DNA from: Vicugna vicugna | Taxonomy: Eukaryota | Direction: 5' to 3' | NCBI GenBank assembly: GCA_013265495.1 | Contig: MU058844.1 | Coordinates: forward strand, 6,695,260-6,759,259 | DNA length: 64,000 nucleotides | Part shown: piece by piece, positions 39,376 to 51,759 of the stretch | How positions within the stretch are numbered: the stretch's first letter is position 1 | Layout: the number at the start of each line of letters is the position of its first letter | Position numbers and translations under genes: made by a program | The notes under the pieces: generated by a model | The model's input: only the letters and a program-made list of their open reading frames with translations | Databases searched by the model: none | Told to the model about the DNA's origin: nothing

Positions 39376-40451
39376 TTGAAAACATTCTCCTAAAAGCATC
39401 AGTATAATACACAACCACAAGAGGTTTTTGGAGAGTATGGAGAAGATATCCTCCTGGCGTATGTACCCTTCTTTAGACTTGAAAACACTAGGAAAAATTT
39501 GACTATAAGAAGAATTCTCCAACTTTTCATAAATGCATTACTATTCAGTGGGTATAATGTGGCATAATTCTAAAATAGGTCTTTCAATGGTGCATAGCTT
39601 GGGAAAAAGAGAGCTTTTAGCTCATGTTATCTCATACTAATCTTCTCCATGTGTGACATTGGTTACTTTATTTGTTATGAGATTTGCTCTTGATCAAAAA
39701 TAAATTCTGGTTAGCCTCTTTCCCATCCAAAGAAGATTTAACTAGAGAAGTTGCTCTCTGACACTCAATATCTGTGGCTAGCCGCTGCTGAGTGAGCTTA
39801 GCTGAAAAAATCAGCTTTAATGTCTGTAATAAGGGAAAGTGAAATGGTGTGATGGTGATGTAATCATTATTTGTTTAGACTAAAACTGCAAAGATTGCCA
39901 TTCTTTCCCAAAGCCATAACATGATCATAACAAAATATCCAGTCTCACTGTTCCCTCTACATGGACTTACGATAATAGGATACACTAAAAAAAATGAAAG
40001 CGATTCTTCAAAAAGAACAAGCACTTCTTACAATTTTAACTGATTGAAAAGACACAGCAAAAACATTTCAAATTTTTTCCTCCTGAGTTCTTGAGACGTT
40101 TTTATCAAAAATTTTGATATCACATGATATCACAATGATGTCCTTATAACTTTGCATAAAATATAATTATTGTAAGACTTCTACTGGAATTATTTCATGG
40201 TTTCTTAAAATGTTGGCAACTTCTTATAAAGTTCATGAGAGCAACATTATGCCTTACATTTCACTTGTTGCTCTGTGTATGTAAGTAAATTTATACCATA
40301 TAAAAGAGCACCAATAAATGAAGTCAGAAATCACCATAACTAATAAAATAAAGTAAGATCTTCAATTAAATATTCAAAATGACATTCATAAATTTCTCTT
40401 TATAAAAGTTCTATGTCTGAATTATTCTGCTGTTACAGTTCTTAACTACAC

Positions 40452-41545
40452 TGTTCGTATGTGGTCTAAGTTCTTGGCACCTTACCCAGATCAGCATATC
40501 ATGCAACCATCGTCTATCTGCTGTGAGTACTGAAACTAATGGTTTAGAACAGTGCCCTTCATAGAAGAATCACCCTTGGCTGAAGTGAACAAGCTTGCTG
40601 GAAACCTGGATAGTTGCACCACCACCCCCTCCCCATTTACTGACTAATTAAACTATACAAAATTCTCTCTCTTAGCCTCATGGTGGTAGACGTCTGTGGT
40701 GTAACTTACTCTTCAGCAACATCGCCATTCCCTCTGTGTATCACACCAAAACTAGTTTGCATCCTGGCTCAGAGTTTTCCTCTCCCCTATTCTGCTTCCT
40801 TTATTCCCTTACAGGAATTTCCTGAAGAGCACCCTCAAAAATCATGCACACATGAATCTCGGTCTCAATTTCTACTTTTAGGGAAGTGATTTAAGGAGTG
40901 ATCCCTAGGAAGCTGAGTCTAAAATGGAATTCTGGAATGGAAAACATGGTGACCAGCTGAAAAAAAGGCACTGGCATAGAAGTTTATTTAAATAATAGAA
41001 AAATATAATAGAAGGGTGAATACTCATCTTGGCAAATCTCTTTCATGAAATCTGGATTCCAGTTATGAAAGGAATGGGATCCTGAGACTTGGGATGGGAG
41101 CAGTAAGTAGATGAACTAGAAAATCTCGAGGGCCCAGAACCCCCTGAAATTTCTAGGTCTAGAAAAGTAGCACATAGCTCTTGCTAAAGGATAAAATAAC
41201 CCCCTTGCTTTAGGACTATGCGGAAGCCTCAAATGAAGCAGGAGCTTTACCCGGAAATTTTTGTTTTCTTCAAGGCAGGCTCGCATGACCCCCTACTACC
41301 CAGCAAATCAAATCACAATATAACACCTGGAGAAGTGCTAGGCCTGTTAAGAGAGAAAAGGTTCCTGGGAGAATATGACTGGGAGCAGATCCCGAGGGAG
41401 CTACATCAAGGTGGGCAGGATGTAAAGGTGAAAGAGAAAGAGTTTGCCAGTGTGGGGAAACTCTATCATGACACAAAATTTAAAACTTGACTTAGCCCCT
41501 AGCAGCCAATTCTAATATGTTTCTGAGATGTCTCTTGGATATAGG
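40452..41545 (+). mobile_element. ERVL LTR (LTR16-like, ~40452-40897) plus decayed internal gag region
   Basis: LTR end atgaatctcggtctcaatttctacttttagggaag. 41072-41098 encodes EWDPETWDG. ORF 41218-41490 has GEYDWEQIPRELHQGGQDVKV, resembling ERVL gag (GEYVWEWILRVLDQGG). Confidence 0.7.
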
Positions 41546-42581
41546 CAGCAAACAAGAATATACATACATACATACACACACACACACATATACACACATA
41601 TGTTCCAAGGAAAGTCAAGACAGTCACAGCAGGTTTGAAAAACAACAGTAACAATAATATATTCAAGTCTGGACTCTTCACTAGTAACAACCTAGTAATA
41701 ACTTAAAACAAAATAAGAAAGTTTGAAATCAAGGAATAATAGATAAATCAATAAGCATGTACAAACAGAAAGACATATTAATATTAGCTGACTGAATTGA
41801 AATATAATAATAATAAAGAGGATAAATCAAAATATGATGCAATTGTCAAATAAAATATACAATATGTCTTTATTCTTATGTGCCATGTGCAATATGATAT
41901 AGAAAATAAATCATGCAAAAATTACCCCCAAAAAAGACTTTTAGAACAATATAATTACACTGAGAAACATTTTTCCAAGTTGGAAAATATAATAGTCAGA
42001 AAAGTAAAATAAGCAAAATCACAGAAGAATTGGTCAATGTTATAAAAATTATTGAATCTATCTAGCACTTATTATTAAGTAAATAAAAAATATGCATTAT
42101 CCTTGATATCGACATGAACTATTTATAGTAGATTACCTCAAGGAAAACTGCCACATTTAAAACAACAGTTGTGCTATGTTATCAGATAACTATATTAACT
42201 ATCTTATCTATAATGATGCAATAAATTAAAAATAAACCATAAAAAGATCTCAACAATTTAGAAATGATGAAATATATACCTATATAATCCTTGTATCCAA
42301 TAGTTTTATTTTAAAACTTTTAAGACTCAGAAAAACTGAACTCAAAAGTAAATGTATAGCCTTAATGACTTTAACAATAAATAATTGAATGAAGAGAAGA
42401 AGGAAGGAAGAAAGGAACTTCTTACTCAGCCTACAAAATATTTGAGAAAGAAATATAAAACCAAAAAAAAAATAAGAGGTGGGAATTAATATAGTTAAAA
42501 TGTAAAGTTAATACACAGAAAAAAACCCCACAAAAATAGAAAAAATGTCTAAAGAAGTTCTTTATCAAACACAATTAGATT

Positions 42582-42780
42582 AGCAGTGTCCAAGAGAACT
42601 TTATATGATGGTAGAAATATTCTATATCTCTACTGTTTAAAAATGTAGCTGCATGTGATGCTTGAGATGTGGTCGGTGGAATTGAGAAACTAAATTTTCA
42701 ATTTTATTTAATTTTAATTAATATAAATTTAAATTTAAAGGATACATGACTAATATTAGTTTAATATTAGAGAGCATAGT
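42582..42780 (+). mobile_element. MER3-like hAT MITE
   Basis: gtgtccaagagaactttatatgatggtagaaatattctatatct...ttttatttaattttaattaatataaatttaaa. Confidence 0.75.
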
Positions 42781-43040
42781 TTTAGATGAATAATTTTTCA
42801 CAAAGATAATTCAAGAAAAATATAAAAATTTAAAATATTTTATGGATTAAATAATCTATAAACAAAGTCAATGTACAAATAATAGATTTGGAAAAAAAAT
42901 TTGATGCAGAATAGGGACAGAGGATAATATCTACACTATACAAAGAGCTTCTACAAATCAGCCAGAAGTGGATAAACAACCATTCAGGAAAAAATAGATA
43001 TGAAGAAACAATTTACAGAGAATAAATACATAAGGCCAAC

Positions 43041-43513
43041 TGTGGCAGTCAAAATTCTAAGTTGGCCTTGATAATTCCCTGGTATCCATTTCCTTAAGTA
43101 TAGGTGGAAATGTGACTTTTTTCTAACCAATAGAATATGGCAAAGATAAAGGAATATTTTTCCTTTTATTTATGGTTCTTTGAGTTAATTAAATAAAAGG
43201 TTGTCCTGGCTGGGTCAGACCTAGCCTTGAAGAGGTAGAGACTGACTCTCTTCATTGCTGGTTTTGAAGATAAAAGCTGCATATGAGGAAATGAATTCTA
43301 CCAACCACCAGAGGATGCTTGAAAACAGACCCTTATTTAAGCCTCCAGATGAGACTGCAGTCCAGACAACACCTTGATTTCAGCCTTATGAGATTCTAAG
43401 AGAATCTTATAAGCCATGCCTGAATTTCTGACCCACAGAATCTATGGGATGGGTATTATTTTCAGCTGCAAAGCCTGTGGTAATTTGTTATGCTGCAATA
43501 GAAAACTAACACA
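43041..43513 (+). mobile_element. MaLR solo LTR (MLT1E-like)
   Basis: TG...CA termini (tgtggcag...gcaatagaaaactaacaca). 5-bp TSD ccaac/caaac. Confidence 0.85.
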
Positions 43514-43586
43514 CAAACAAACAAAAAGATGCTCAAAATAGGTAGTGAGAAAAATGAAAATTAAAGAATCAGTGAATCCTTTCTAT

Positions 43587-44072
43587 TGTGATGGAATGAC
43601 TGAAATGTCTTTGAAATTCCTCTCAACCAAAGGTGGAGTCTAATTTCCCATGAATATAAACTGGCATTCGTGACTGACTTTTAATGGATATAATGAGGTA
43701 GAAGTAATGTTAAATGACTCCCCTGGAGTGCTGAGTTTTCTCTTCTGGAATGTTCGCCCTTGGAGCTGAGCCACCATATGATGAAGAAGCCAAAGAACCC
43801 TTGGAAAAGCCACGTGTATGTGTTCTGGCCACTGCCCCAGCTGAAATCCCAGCCAACTACCATCAACTTGCCAGACTGTGAGTGAACAAGGCTTTGGATG
43901 ATTCCAGTGCACACACAGCCTTTAAGCAAGCCCAGTGAAAGCTGAATGAGGTAGAAGAGAACAAATTCTCTCAAGTCAACCCACACTGCATATTCCTCAG
44001 CAGACGTTGTCAATATTTTAAGCCACTAATTTTTAGGGTGGTTTTTTAATAAAGCAAAAAGATAACAGGACA
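43587..44072 (+). mobile_element. MaLR solo LTR (MLT1G/H-like)
   Basis: tgtgatgg...ttttaagccactaatttttagggtgg...gataacaggaca. TSD tctat/tcttt. Confidence 0.8.
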
Positions 44073-45464
44073 TCTTTGTACTCATCTGACAGGTGAAAGT
44101 CCAGAAGAACCAAAACAGCTATGGCCAGTGGGGTTGTTGGAGCATCAAACAGAATTGTTCAGAAAAGATTCTGGGTCCTCACTCTGATTGATGAGTGGTG
44201 AAGTGATACCTGCACCCAAATCCTGCTTCCCACAGGATTAGGAGCTACCTTTAACTACTGGCAAAAGAAACTTCAGATGGCTTCCAGTTTTCCAGGTGCT
44301 GGGCAGCTGGTTTTCCCAAACTAGTGTGAACATCTCAAAATGAAAATCAACCTTGCCTGGCAAAACTAGAAAATACATTCCTCCATTGACAAGGTTGCAA
44401 CAGTGAGCTGGAGCCCTCTCTTGGAACATTTATAGACTGTATGCATATTCTGCAAGCTACCTAACCCTGGCAGGAGTCTCTATGGGAGATAACGAGGATC
44501 AAGGACCTGTGCCTTCTCCTCTTGAGGTCTGGTTTAGAAGTTTTCCAAAGTGTTCCTGTGTGATATTAAAGAAAATGTCCTGAAGTCTAGAGCAAGACAG
44601 CAAACATGAAGGAATTTACCTGCATGATAGGCAGTGATAATAAAAGGTTTTCACCTTGCACAGTATTTACCCAAATATTGCTGGTGATTGATTAATGCAG
44701 CATGGTCAATAGTAAATAGAACAAAACCAGTTAAATGAAAAACAAAAAAGGGATTGAAATAATTTTAGTCTCTATTGATAAAAGAAAAGTTGAATACATT
44801 GTTGTATATCAAAAACATGAAAAATAAGAACTCCCATATATACATGTGTGTGTATAAATTAATTATATATCATACATATGATTTTGGTGAAAATGAGAAA
44901 TATGAAGGAATCTATATTAGGTTACTCATATTAAGAAGGTAGATGCTGAGAAAAAGAAAATGAAAGCTGATTATTGTTTAAAAAATAAAAAATAAGAAGA
45001 TATGAGAGTCAACGTGTGTCAAACTAAGTAGGTGTCATTTATTTTAGCAGACTAGAATTTACTCCTTCGAGAATATACAAGTCACATCATGAGATATTTC
45101 AGACTTTCTTTAACTACTTCACTGTTCTATGCTTAAGATGGAAATAATCACATTTTACTCATATATGTTTTTTATTTACGATGAAAACTTTCCATTTTTG
45201 ATGTTAAAGCCAATCAGCAGAATAAAAGGCTGAGTAATAGCGTATTTCTTCCAAAGTCCAGGAGCCTGCATTACAGAAAAGCAACATCCTGATCAAACAA
45301 TTGTCTGATGCCTTCAGAGTTTCAAGCCCCCTAGAAAGCTGCCAGAGAAACAGAGGAGTACATTTAATCAGAATGTTTGCATCTTCCTTTGCATCTGAAG
45401 TGCAAGCAGAGTAAGTAAATCGGTTAAATAGTCAGTGGAGAGAAAGGAGAGAAAAAATGTTGGA

Positions 45465-45700
45465 ACAGCTGGGTGGTTGAGAACAAGGCTCTGACACCCA
45501 GCCACTGGATTCCTAACTCTGCTCCACTATTTATTAGCTCTGTACATGTAGGCTATTCTCTGTAAAACAGAGGTAATGATAGTACCTATTTCATAGAATT
45601 GTGAGGAATTTAAATGTACTAATACCTTTAATGTTCTTAGAAATAAACTTGGCATGCTGTAAGAGCTCAATAGATGTTAGCTGATATTATTATAATTATC
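45465..45700 (+). mobile_element. MIR SINE
   Basis: ctctgctccactatttattagctctgt...ctgtaaaacagaggtaatgatagtacctatttcatagaattgtgagga. Confidence 0.8.
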
Positions 45701-45799
45701 ATTCTTGTCAACTGAGCAGTATCGTTCCAAAAGCAGCAAATAACTAGTTTCTGTTATTTTCTAAATGGCTAAGGTGCTAGATTCCAACAATAATGACAC

Positions 45800-46177
45800 T
45801 GTAGCAAATGCTATAGATGCCCCACCCATATCCCCTGGATCTCACAACCTCTAAGTACTCCAGCACTCTCCTGGGACTTGACTTCACAACAGACTTGAAG
45901 AACTAGAGAACTAACACCCCCACCCCAAGAGCAGCTCTCAGCCAATGACTGGACAGGAGCTGGTGTCTAAATATCCTAGCCCCTTTTCCCCTCAGAGAAA
46001 TGATTTTGAGATGTAGGGTTTACACCTTTACCAGAGGATCTATGCTTTGAGTAAGGTGCAGTCACATATGTTTTATTGGCTGTCATCCTTTCACTGTCTC
46101 ATGGTCCCCACCCCTACCGGGAGTGCGGTGGAATCCTTGTTCCAGGGTTGGCTTCTGGGGGAACTGAAACTGAGAGA
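45800..46177 (+). mobile_element. LTR16-like ERVL solo LTR
   Basis: tgtagcaaatgctatagatgccccacccatatcccct...gcagctctcagccaatgactg...ggcttctgggggaactgaaactgagaga. Confidence 0.75.
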
Positions 46178-46311
46178 CTTCTAGTTCAGGAACAGAGTAA
46201 CATGCACTGGACTTCTGAAATATGGAAAATATATTGAGAAATCCCTCAACTGATAAGTAGCATTATTTTTGCCTTATGAAATACTATAAAATGTAACTGA
46301 AAAAATAATTA

Positions 46312-46510
46312 AATGGATAATGGTTAAGAGCACAGACTCCGAAGTCAGTATACCCCAACTCTCACTCCACTTTGGCAATGTCACTTAACCTCTCTGTAAC
46401 TAAATGTCTTCATCTGTAAAATGAATATTACAATATTACCAACCATATAAGGTGGTTACAAATAGGAACTTAACTAGCATGCACTTAGAATATGACCAAT
46501 GCTGTTATTA
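46312..46510 (+). mobile_element. MIR SINE
   Basis: tggttaagagcacagactc...gtcacttaacctctctgta...catctgtaaaatg. Confidence 0.8.
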
Positions 46511-46793
46511 ATAAAACTGAATTGATATGTAGAGGCTAGACTGCCATAGTACAAAGTAAAATACTGATCTAACTCTCTCTGTCTCTCCCCTTCTCCCCCT
46601 CTCAATCTAATGCCTTCATGCCATCCTACTCTCTAGAACACAGCTCACCTCTCTGCTGACCCCTACCCCACTCCTGGCACTACAGCCTGCTCCAGCCACT
46701 CACAACAAAAAGGAATTCTGGCCCATCACTTCCTCATACTCTCCATAATCATCATCTTAGTCTGCAAACCCAACACTAAAATGTAACTGAAAA

Positions 46794-46943
46794 TTGGGTT
46801 TAGACATTCTGATAGGTGTTAACTGGAATCTCATTGTGGTTTTGATTTCCATTTCCTTGATGACTACTGATGTTGAGCACCTTTTCATGTGCTTGTGTGC
46901 TTCTGTGGAAGAAAAGCCTATTCGGGCCCTCTGCCCATTTTTT
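46794..46943 (-). mobile_element. L1 ORF2 fragment (antisense)
   Basis: Minus ORF HKHMKRCSTSVVIKEMEIKTTMRFQLTPIRM is the L1 ORF2p C-terminal region. Confidence 0.9.
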
Positions 46944-47064
46944 TCTTTTCTTTTGTTTTTTAAATTTTGGTGGGGGGAGGTCATTAGGTAGTTAGGTATG
47001 TATGTATGTATGTACGTATGTATGTATGTATTTTAACAGAGGTACTGGGGGTTGAATCCAGGAC
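46944..47064 (-). mobile_element. Vic-1-like SINE, 5' head missing, with (TATG)n expansion
   Basis: ttttggtggggggaggtcattagg...agaggtactgggggttgaatccaggac aligns to the copy at 23575-23660 but stops abruptly. Confidence 0.85.
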
Positions 47065-48033
47065 ATTTTTCCAAAGAAGACATGCAGATGGCTAACAGAC
47101 ACACATGAAAGGATGCATGACATCACTAATCATTAGAGAAATTCAAATCAGAACCACAATGAGATATCACCATGCAACTTTCAGAATGACTATTATCAAA
47201 GAGTCTACAAATAACAAATGTTGGAGAGGATGTGGAGAAAATGGAACCCTTGTACACTGTTGGTGGGAAGGTAAATTGGTGCAGCCACTATGGAAGACAG
47301 TATGGAGGCTTCATAAAAGCAACAACAGCAACAACAACAACAACAAAAACTAAAAATAGAACTACCATATGATGCAGCCATTTCACTCCTGGGTACATAC
47401 CTGGAAAAAATGAAAACACTAATTCAGAAAGATACATGCACCTCAGTGTTCATAGCAGCACTATTTACAATAGCCAAGACATGGAGGCAACCCAGGTGCT
47501 CATCAACAGATGACTGGCTTAAGATGTGACATGCATACACACACATGCATACATACATATATTTATACATACATATATATATATATTACTCAGCCATAAA
47601 AAATGAAATATTGCCATTTACAGCAACATGGATGGACCTAGAGTATATTATGTTTAGTGAAATAAATCAAAGAAAACAAATATTATATGATATCACTCAT
47701 ATGTGAAATTTAAAAAATAATACAAATGAGTGCATAAACAAAACAGAAACAGATTCACAGACATAGGAAATAAACTTGTGGTTACCAAAGGGGAGAGAAA
47801 GTGGGGAAAACAAACTGGGGGTATGGGGTTAACAGATACAAACTTCTATACATAAAATAGATAAGTAACAAGGATTTACTGCATAGCATAGGGCATTATA
47901 GCCCATTATAGTCAATATCTTATAATAACCTATAATAAAGTATAACCTGCAAAAATACTGAATCACTATGCTATACACCTGAAACTAACACAATGTTGTA
48001 TATCAAGTATACACTTCAATTTTTTAAAAAAAA
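47062..48033 (+). mobile_element. 5'-truncated L1 (ORF2 C-terminus, 3' UTR, A tail)
   Basis: ORF 47105-47353 has [32 protein letters not shown] (ORF2p Cys-rich domain). 3' UTR ends acacctgaaactaacacaatgttg...cttcaattttttaaaaaaaa. Confidence 0.95.
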
Positions 48034-48256
48034 GCTTATACGTTTGAATAGATCCCTTCTGTTTATTTTTGACCTTGTTTCCCTTGCCTGAGGAGACTGA
48101 CCCCCCAAAATTCTGCTAAGACCTATGTCAAAGAGTGTACTGCCTATGTATTCTTCTAGTTTTATGGTTTCAGGTCTTAAATTTAGGCCCTTAGTCTATT
48201 TTCCGTTTATTTTTTAGCATGATGTGAGAAAATCTTCTAATTTTATTCTTTTACTT
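48034..48256 (-). mobile_element. L1 ORF2 fragment (antisense); upstream continuation of 46794-46943
   Basis: Reverse complement reads ttaagacctgaaaccataaaactagaagaatacataggcagtacactctttgacata...aaaataaacagaagggatctattcaaacgtataagc. Confidence 0.85.
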
Positions 48257-48257
48257 T

Positions 48258-48575
48258 TAGAATCTAAGGAATAAAGCAAATGGATGAACATAACAAAACA
48301 GAAATGGACTCACAGGTACAGAGAACAAACTAATGGTGACTAGCAGGGAGAAGGGTGGAGAGAGGAGCAAGATGGAGAAAGGGGAATAATAGGTACAAAA
48401 TATTAAGTATAAAACAAATAAGATACAAATATACAATGTATAGTACAGGAAATATAGCCAGAATTTCATAACAACTTTATGTGGAATATAATCTATAAAA
48501 ATATCAAATCACTAGGCTGTACATCTGAAACCAATATAATATTGTAAGTCAACTATACTTCAATTAAAAAAAAAA
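48258..48575 (+). mobile_element. L1 3' UTR with A10 tail
   Basis: acagagaacaaactaatggtgac...tctgaaaccaatataatattgtaagtcaactatacttcaattaaaaaaaaaa. Confidence 0.9.
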
Positions 48576-50423
48576 GTTATGCTTCAACAAATTTCCAAAT
48601 TGGTACCCATTACAGATTCTATGTATAAAACTATGAAGACTTAAATTCCAAATATTAAAGATCTATTGTACATCTTCATGGTCATAAAGTAAAGTTTCTA
48701 ACCTAATTATTTCACCCTAAATTAAATTTTCTTCTCATTTGAACTTGAGAAAGCATCCAATGTTAGTAATGACAAGTTTTATTAACTTTAAACTGAGGCT
48801 AAGTAATAGGTCACAACTGCCTGTTCAATGGGTATGATCTTCTGCAGATGCTCCTGTGGATGCTAGTAGCCTTTGGAAGCTGACTTTTTCTGCTACAGTC
48901 TTTGAAGTCCTCGTATTTGCATTCAAACCTTAACCCACCTCTCCTCACTATCAAGTCATCCATTTTCACCTACTTTCTCTCTATCCTAGCTTTCTTCATC
49001 ATGTATCCTTCCAAATTTGTCTTCTGCCTTGAGTTCCTGTCTTCCTCTCCTAAAGTCCAGACTTTTAAAGTTAATTGCTTTTTCCTTCCTTCTCTGCAAT
49101 AATGACCTTCACCTCAAGCAATGAATACCAAATGCCTAGTTTTCCCTCCTGATTTGGGGAGTCAAAGGAAAAAAAGAGCTGGGTGGGTTATACACACTTA
49201 TAGCTGAAAAATTATATACCATCAAAGTCATTTAGAGATTGTGTACAGAGTCATTATTTATTAATCTGTTTTGCTAGCCACTGTAAACTGCTTCTGGTCA
49301 GAAGTCATGTCTCAAACATCTTTGGATACTTAAGTCCTTAGCCTATTGCCTGGTATATTAGAAGAGCTCAATATATGTTGGCTCTTTGTTGGCGGCTGAA
49401 TAAATTTATGAGATGCCAAAATGGGAAGACACAGACAGATACATGTTAGGTGGGTGGCATCTGAAATCTGATCATAGACCTAGGATGGACCACATACTTT
49501 TACAATAAAGTCAGAGGAAATCCCATGTTAGCTGGTTAGCGTCAATAGAGGACAAAAGACAGCGTGCTTAGACCATAGTAACCAGAGCTGTTTTACCCAA
49601 AAGGGGAAGATAATGACCTCTTCTTTGCCAATACACACATACCTTGGAAAAAAATCCCACTGAAAATAAACTTTGATTTAAAGGGTGGGGAAAATAAGGC
49701 ATTAGTTGAAATACGTTATAATAAGGCAATTTGCTAAGGGCTTAATTATTCGCACCCCCAGTGGAGGGTGTGATGTTATGGTGGAGGAAGAAATCATAAA
49801 ACTTAGCAGCAGGGGTTCATCTTCTTAGGTATTAAATAGGTAATTAATCTTAATTGCAGGAGGCAATTAAGCCTTACTTAGTAAGGTGATGATTTTTAGG
49901 CTCACAGTCAAAGCAAAACTTCAAGCCAAAGCAGAAATGGAAAAGGCAGGAGAACAAAATAAATGACACCTATGAGTACTTTTAGGAGTACTTTTCTTCT
50001 GAATTAATCTTTACATTGTTTCTGTGTTAACCTGTATCATTTTGGAGAAATTTAGGTTGTACTTGAGACAGATTTTTATTTTCTTTTATTTAGAAAAGTA
50101 CTCTGGATTTCCTCTTATCTCATTGATTTTTGTTTTTCTGCAGCTGCTATAGGCATACTGCCATAGATGCCAAAAGTGCTCCTCTGAACGTTGTACATGT
50201 TATGAAAATGTAACGTCACAATAAATCTATAGGAATATAGGCTGGGAGAAACATAGTAGGATCCTTTATACATATCTTTAAAAGTACATAAACTCTAAAA
50301 AGAAGTTTTTATTAAAATAAAAAAGTACTAATTTTGCCCTACATAAAATATTAAGTAAATCAAATTTGAAAAATATTTTAACTAAATTCTGTAACTTTAG
50401 GAGTAAGAAAAGATAGCACATAC

Positions 50424-50861
50424 TGTATTAATTTGCTAGGGTTACCATTACAAAATGCAGCACTATTCAAATTTATTTAAACCAGAGACTGGGTGGTTTA
50501 AACAGCAGAAATGTATTTTCTCACAGGTCTGGAGGCTGGAAGTCCAAGATCAAAGTGCCAGCAGGTTTGCTTTCTCCTCAAGCTTCTCTCCTGGGCCTGA
50601 GGATCTCCATTTTCTTGCTGTGTCCCCATGGCCTTCTCTCTGTGCCCACATGCCGTGGTGCCTCTCCATAAATCCTATCTTCCCTTCTTAGATGAATACC
50701 AGTTAGGCTGGACTAGGACCTATCCTAACAGCCTCATTTTAACATTTGATTGTAGTTACCTTTTGTAAAGACCTATCTCTAAATACAGTCACATTCTGAG
50801 GTACTGGACGGTTACGGCTTTACCATATACATTTTTGCAGAACACAGTTTAGTTCACAACA
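50424..50861 (-). mobile_element. MaLR solo LTR (MLT1A/B-like)
   Basis: tgtattaatttgctagggt...tctggaggctggaagtccaagatcaaagtgccagcagg...cacattctgaggtactgg...ttcacaaca. Confidence 0.85.
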
Positions 50862-51759
50862 TATATATATAGCCAAAATGAAAGCATACGCTTTTGAGAT
50901 AAAGAGAACTGCGTCAAAATTCTAGTACTACTTTCTTGCTTCATGATTTGAAGCCAACTATTTCAAGCCACTGAGGCTTGGATTCTCAAGCATGTACAAT
51001 TGGATAAAAGCATTACTGTGGATGATCCCCCTGACTTCCACCAGCCCCACAACAGAACCCTGTACTTGGAGTTCTGCTCTCTTCTCACCATGACACACCT
51101 GCCCTCTTATCCCCCAGGTGAATTTGTCTTTGTGAGACCAATTACCGGATTTCTTGCCTGTAAAACAGGAACTCTATAGTATCTACTTCATAGGTTCTGA
51201 AGATTAGACAATTTAATATAAGGAAAGTTCAGACAACAATGCCTGGCAAAGAGAAAGCACTAGATATAAAAGATAGGAATTACCATTAGAGCTACTAAAC
51301 TCCAGAAATAATATATATATAAAGTGCATGTGCCAGAGCCTGGTGCATAGTAAGGCTGTATCACAAAGATAGTGCACTTTTATTATTACTGGTGTTTGCT
51401 GTAAGTGTTTGTCTATAACTGCTGCTATGCCTACAGCTATTATTATTTTAATTACTGCTATTACTATTATCATCCACTGCTATTGCTCTTTTTACTGAAA
51501 CTACTGATCTTTTGAAAATTCTAAAATTTAAGTTGGAAAAATGTTACTCTCCCGATATGAACATTTTGGTGACTGCCAACTGCTTTTAGGACAAAGCCCA
51601 AACTCTTTCATATGGCTCATAATTTCCTGAAGACTCTACCCTCTATAAACCTCATCTCTAGGCACTTCGTATCTGCCACAATGTAGCCCTGCAAGTAAGA
51701 TTTCAGTTCCTTTCACAACAAGGAAGGTACTTATGGTGGGCCTGCCTACTGTGATAGAA

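Larger units (their letters stand above)
41600..43580 (+). mobile_element. Highly decayed old L1 ORF2 remnants hosting MER3 and MLT1 insertions
   Basis: A-rich L1-like sequence. aaagagcttctacaaatc...aacaatttacaga...ggccaac resumes after the MLT1 as aaaagatgctcaa...aaatgaaaattaaa. Confidence 0.55.
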
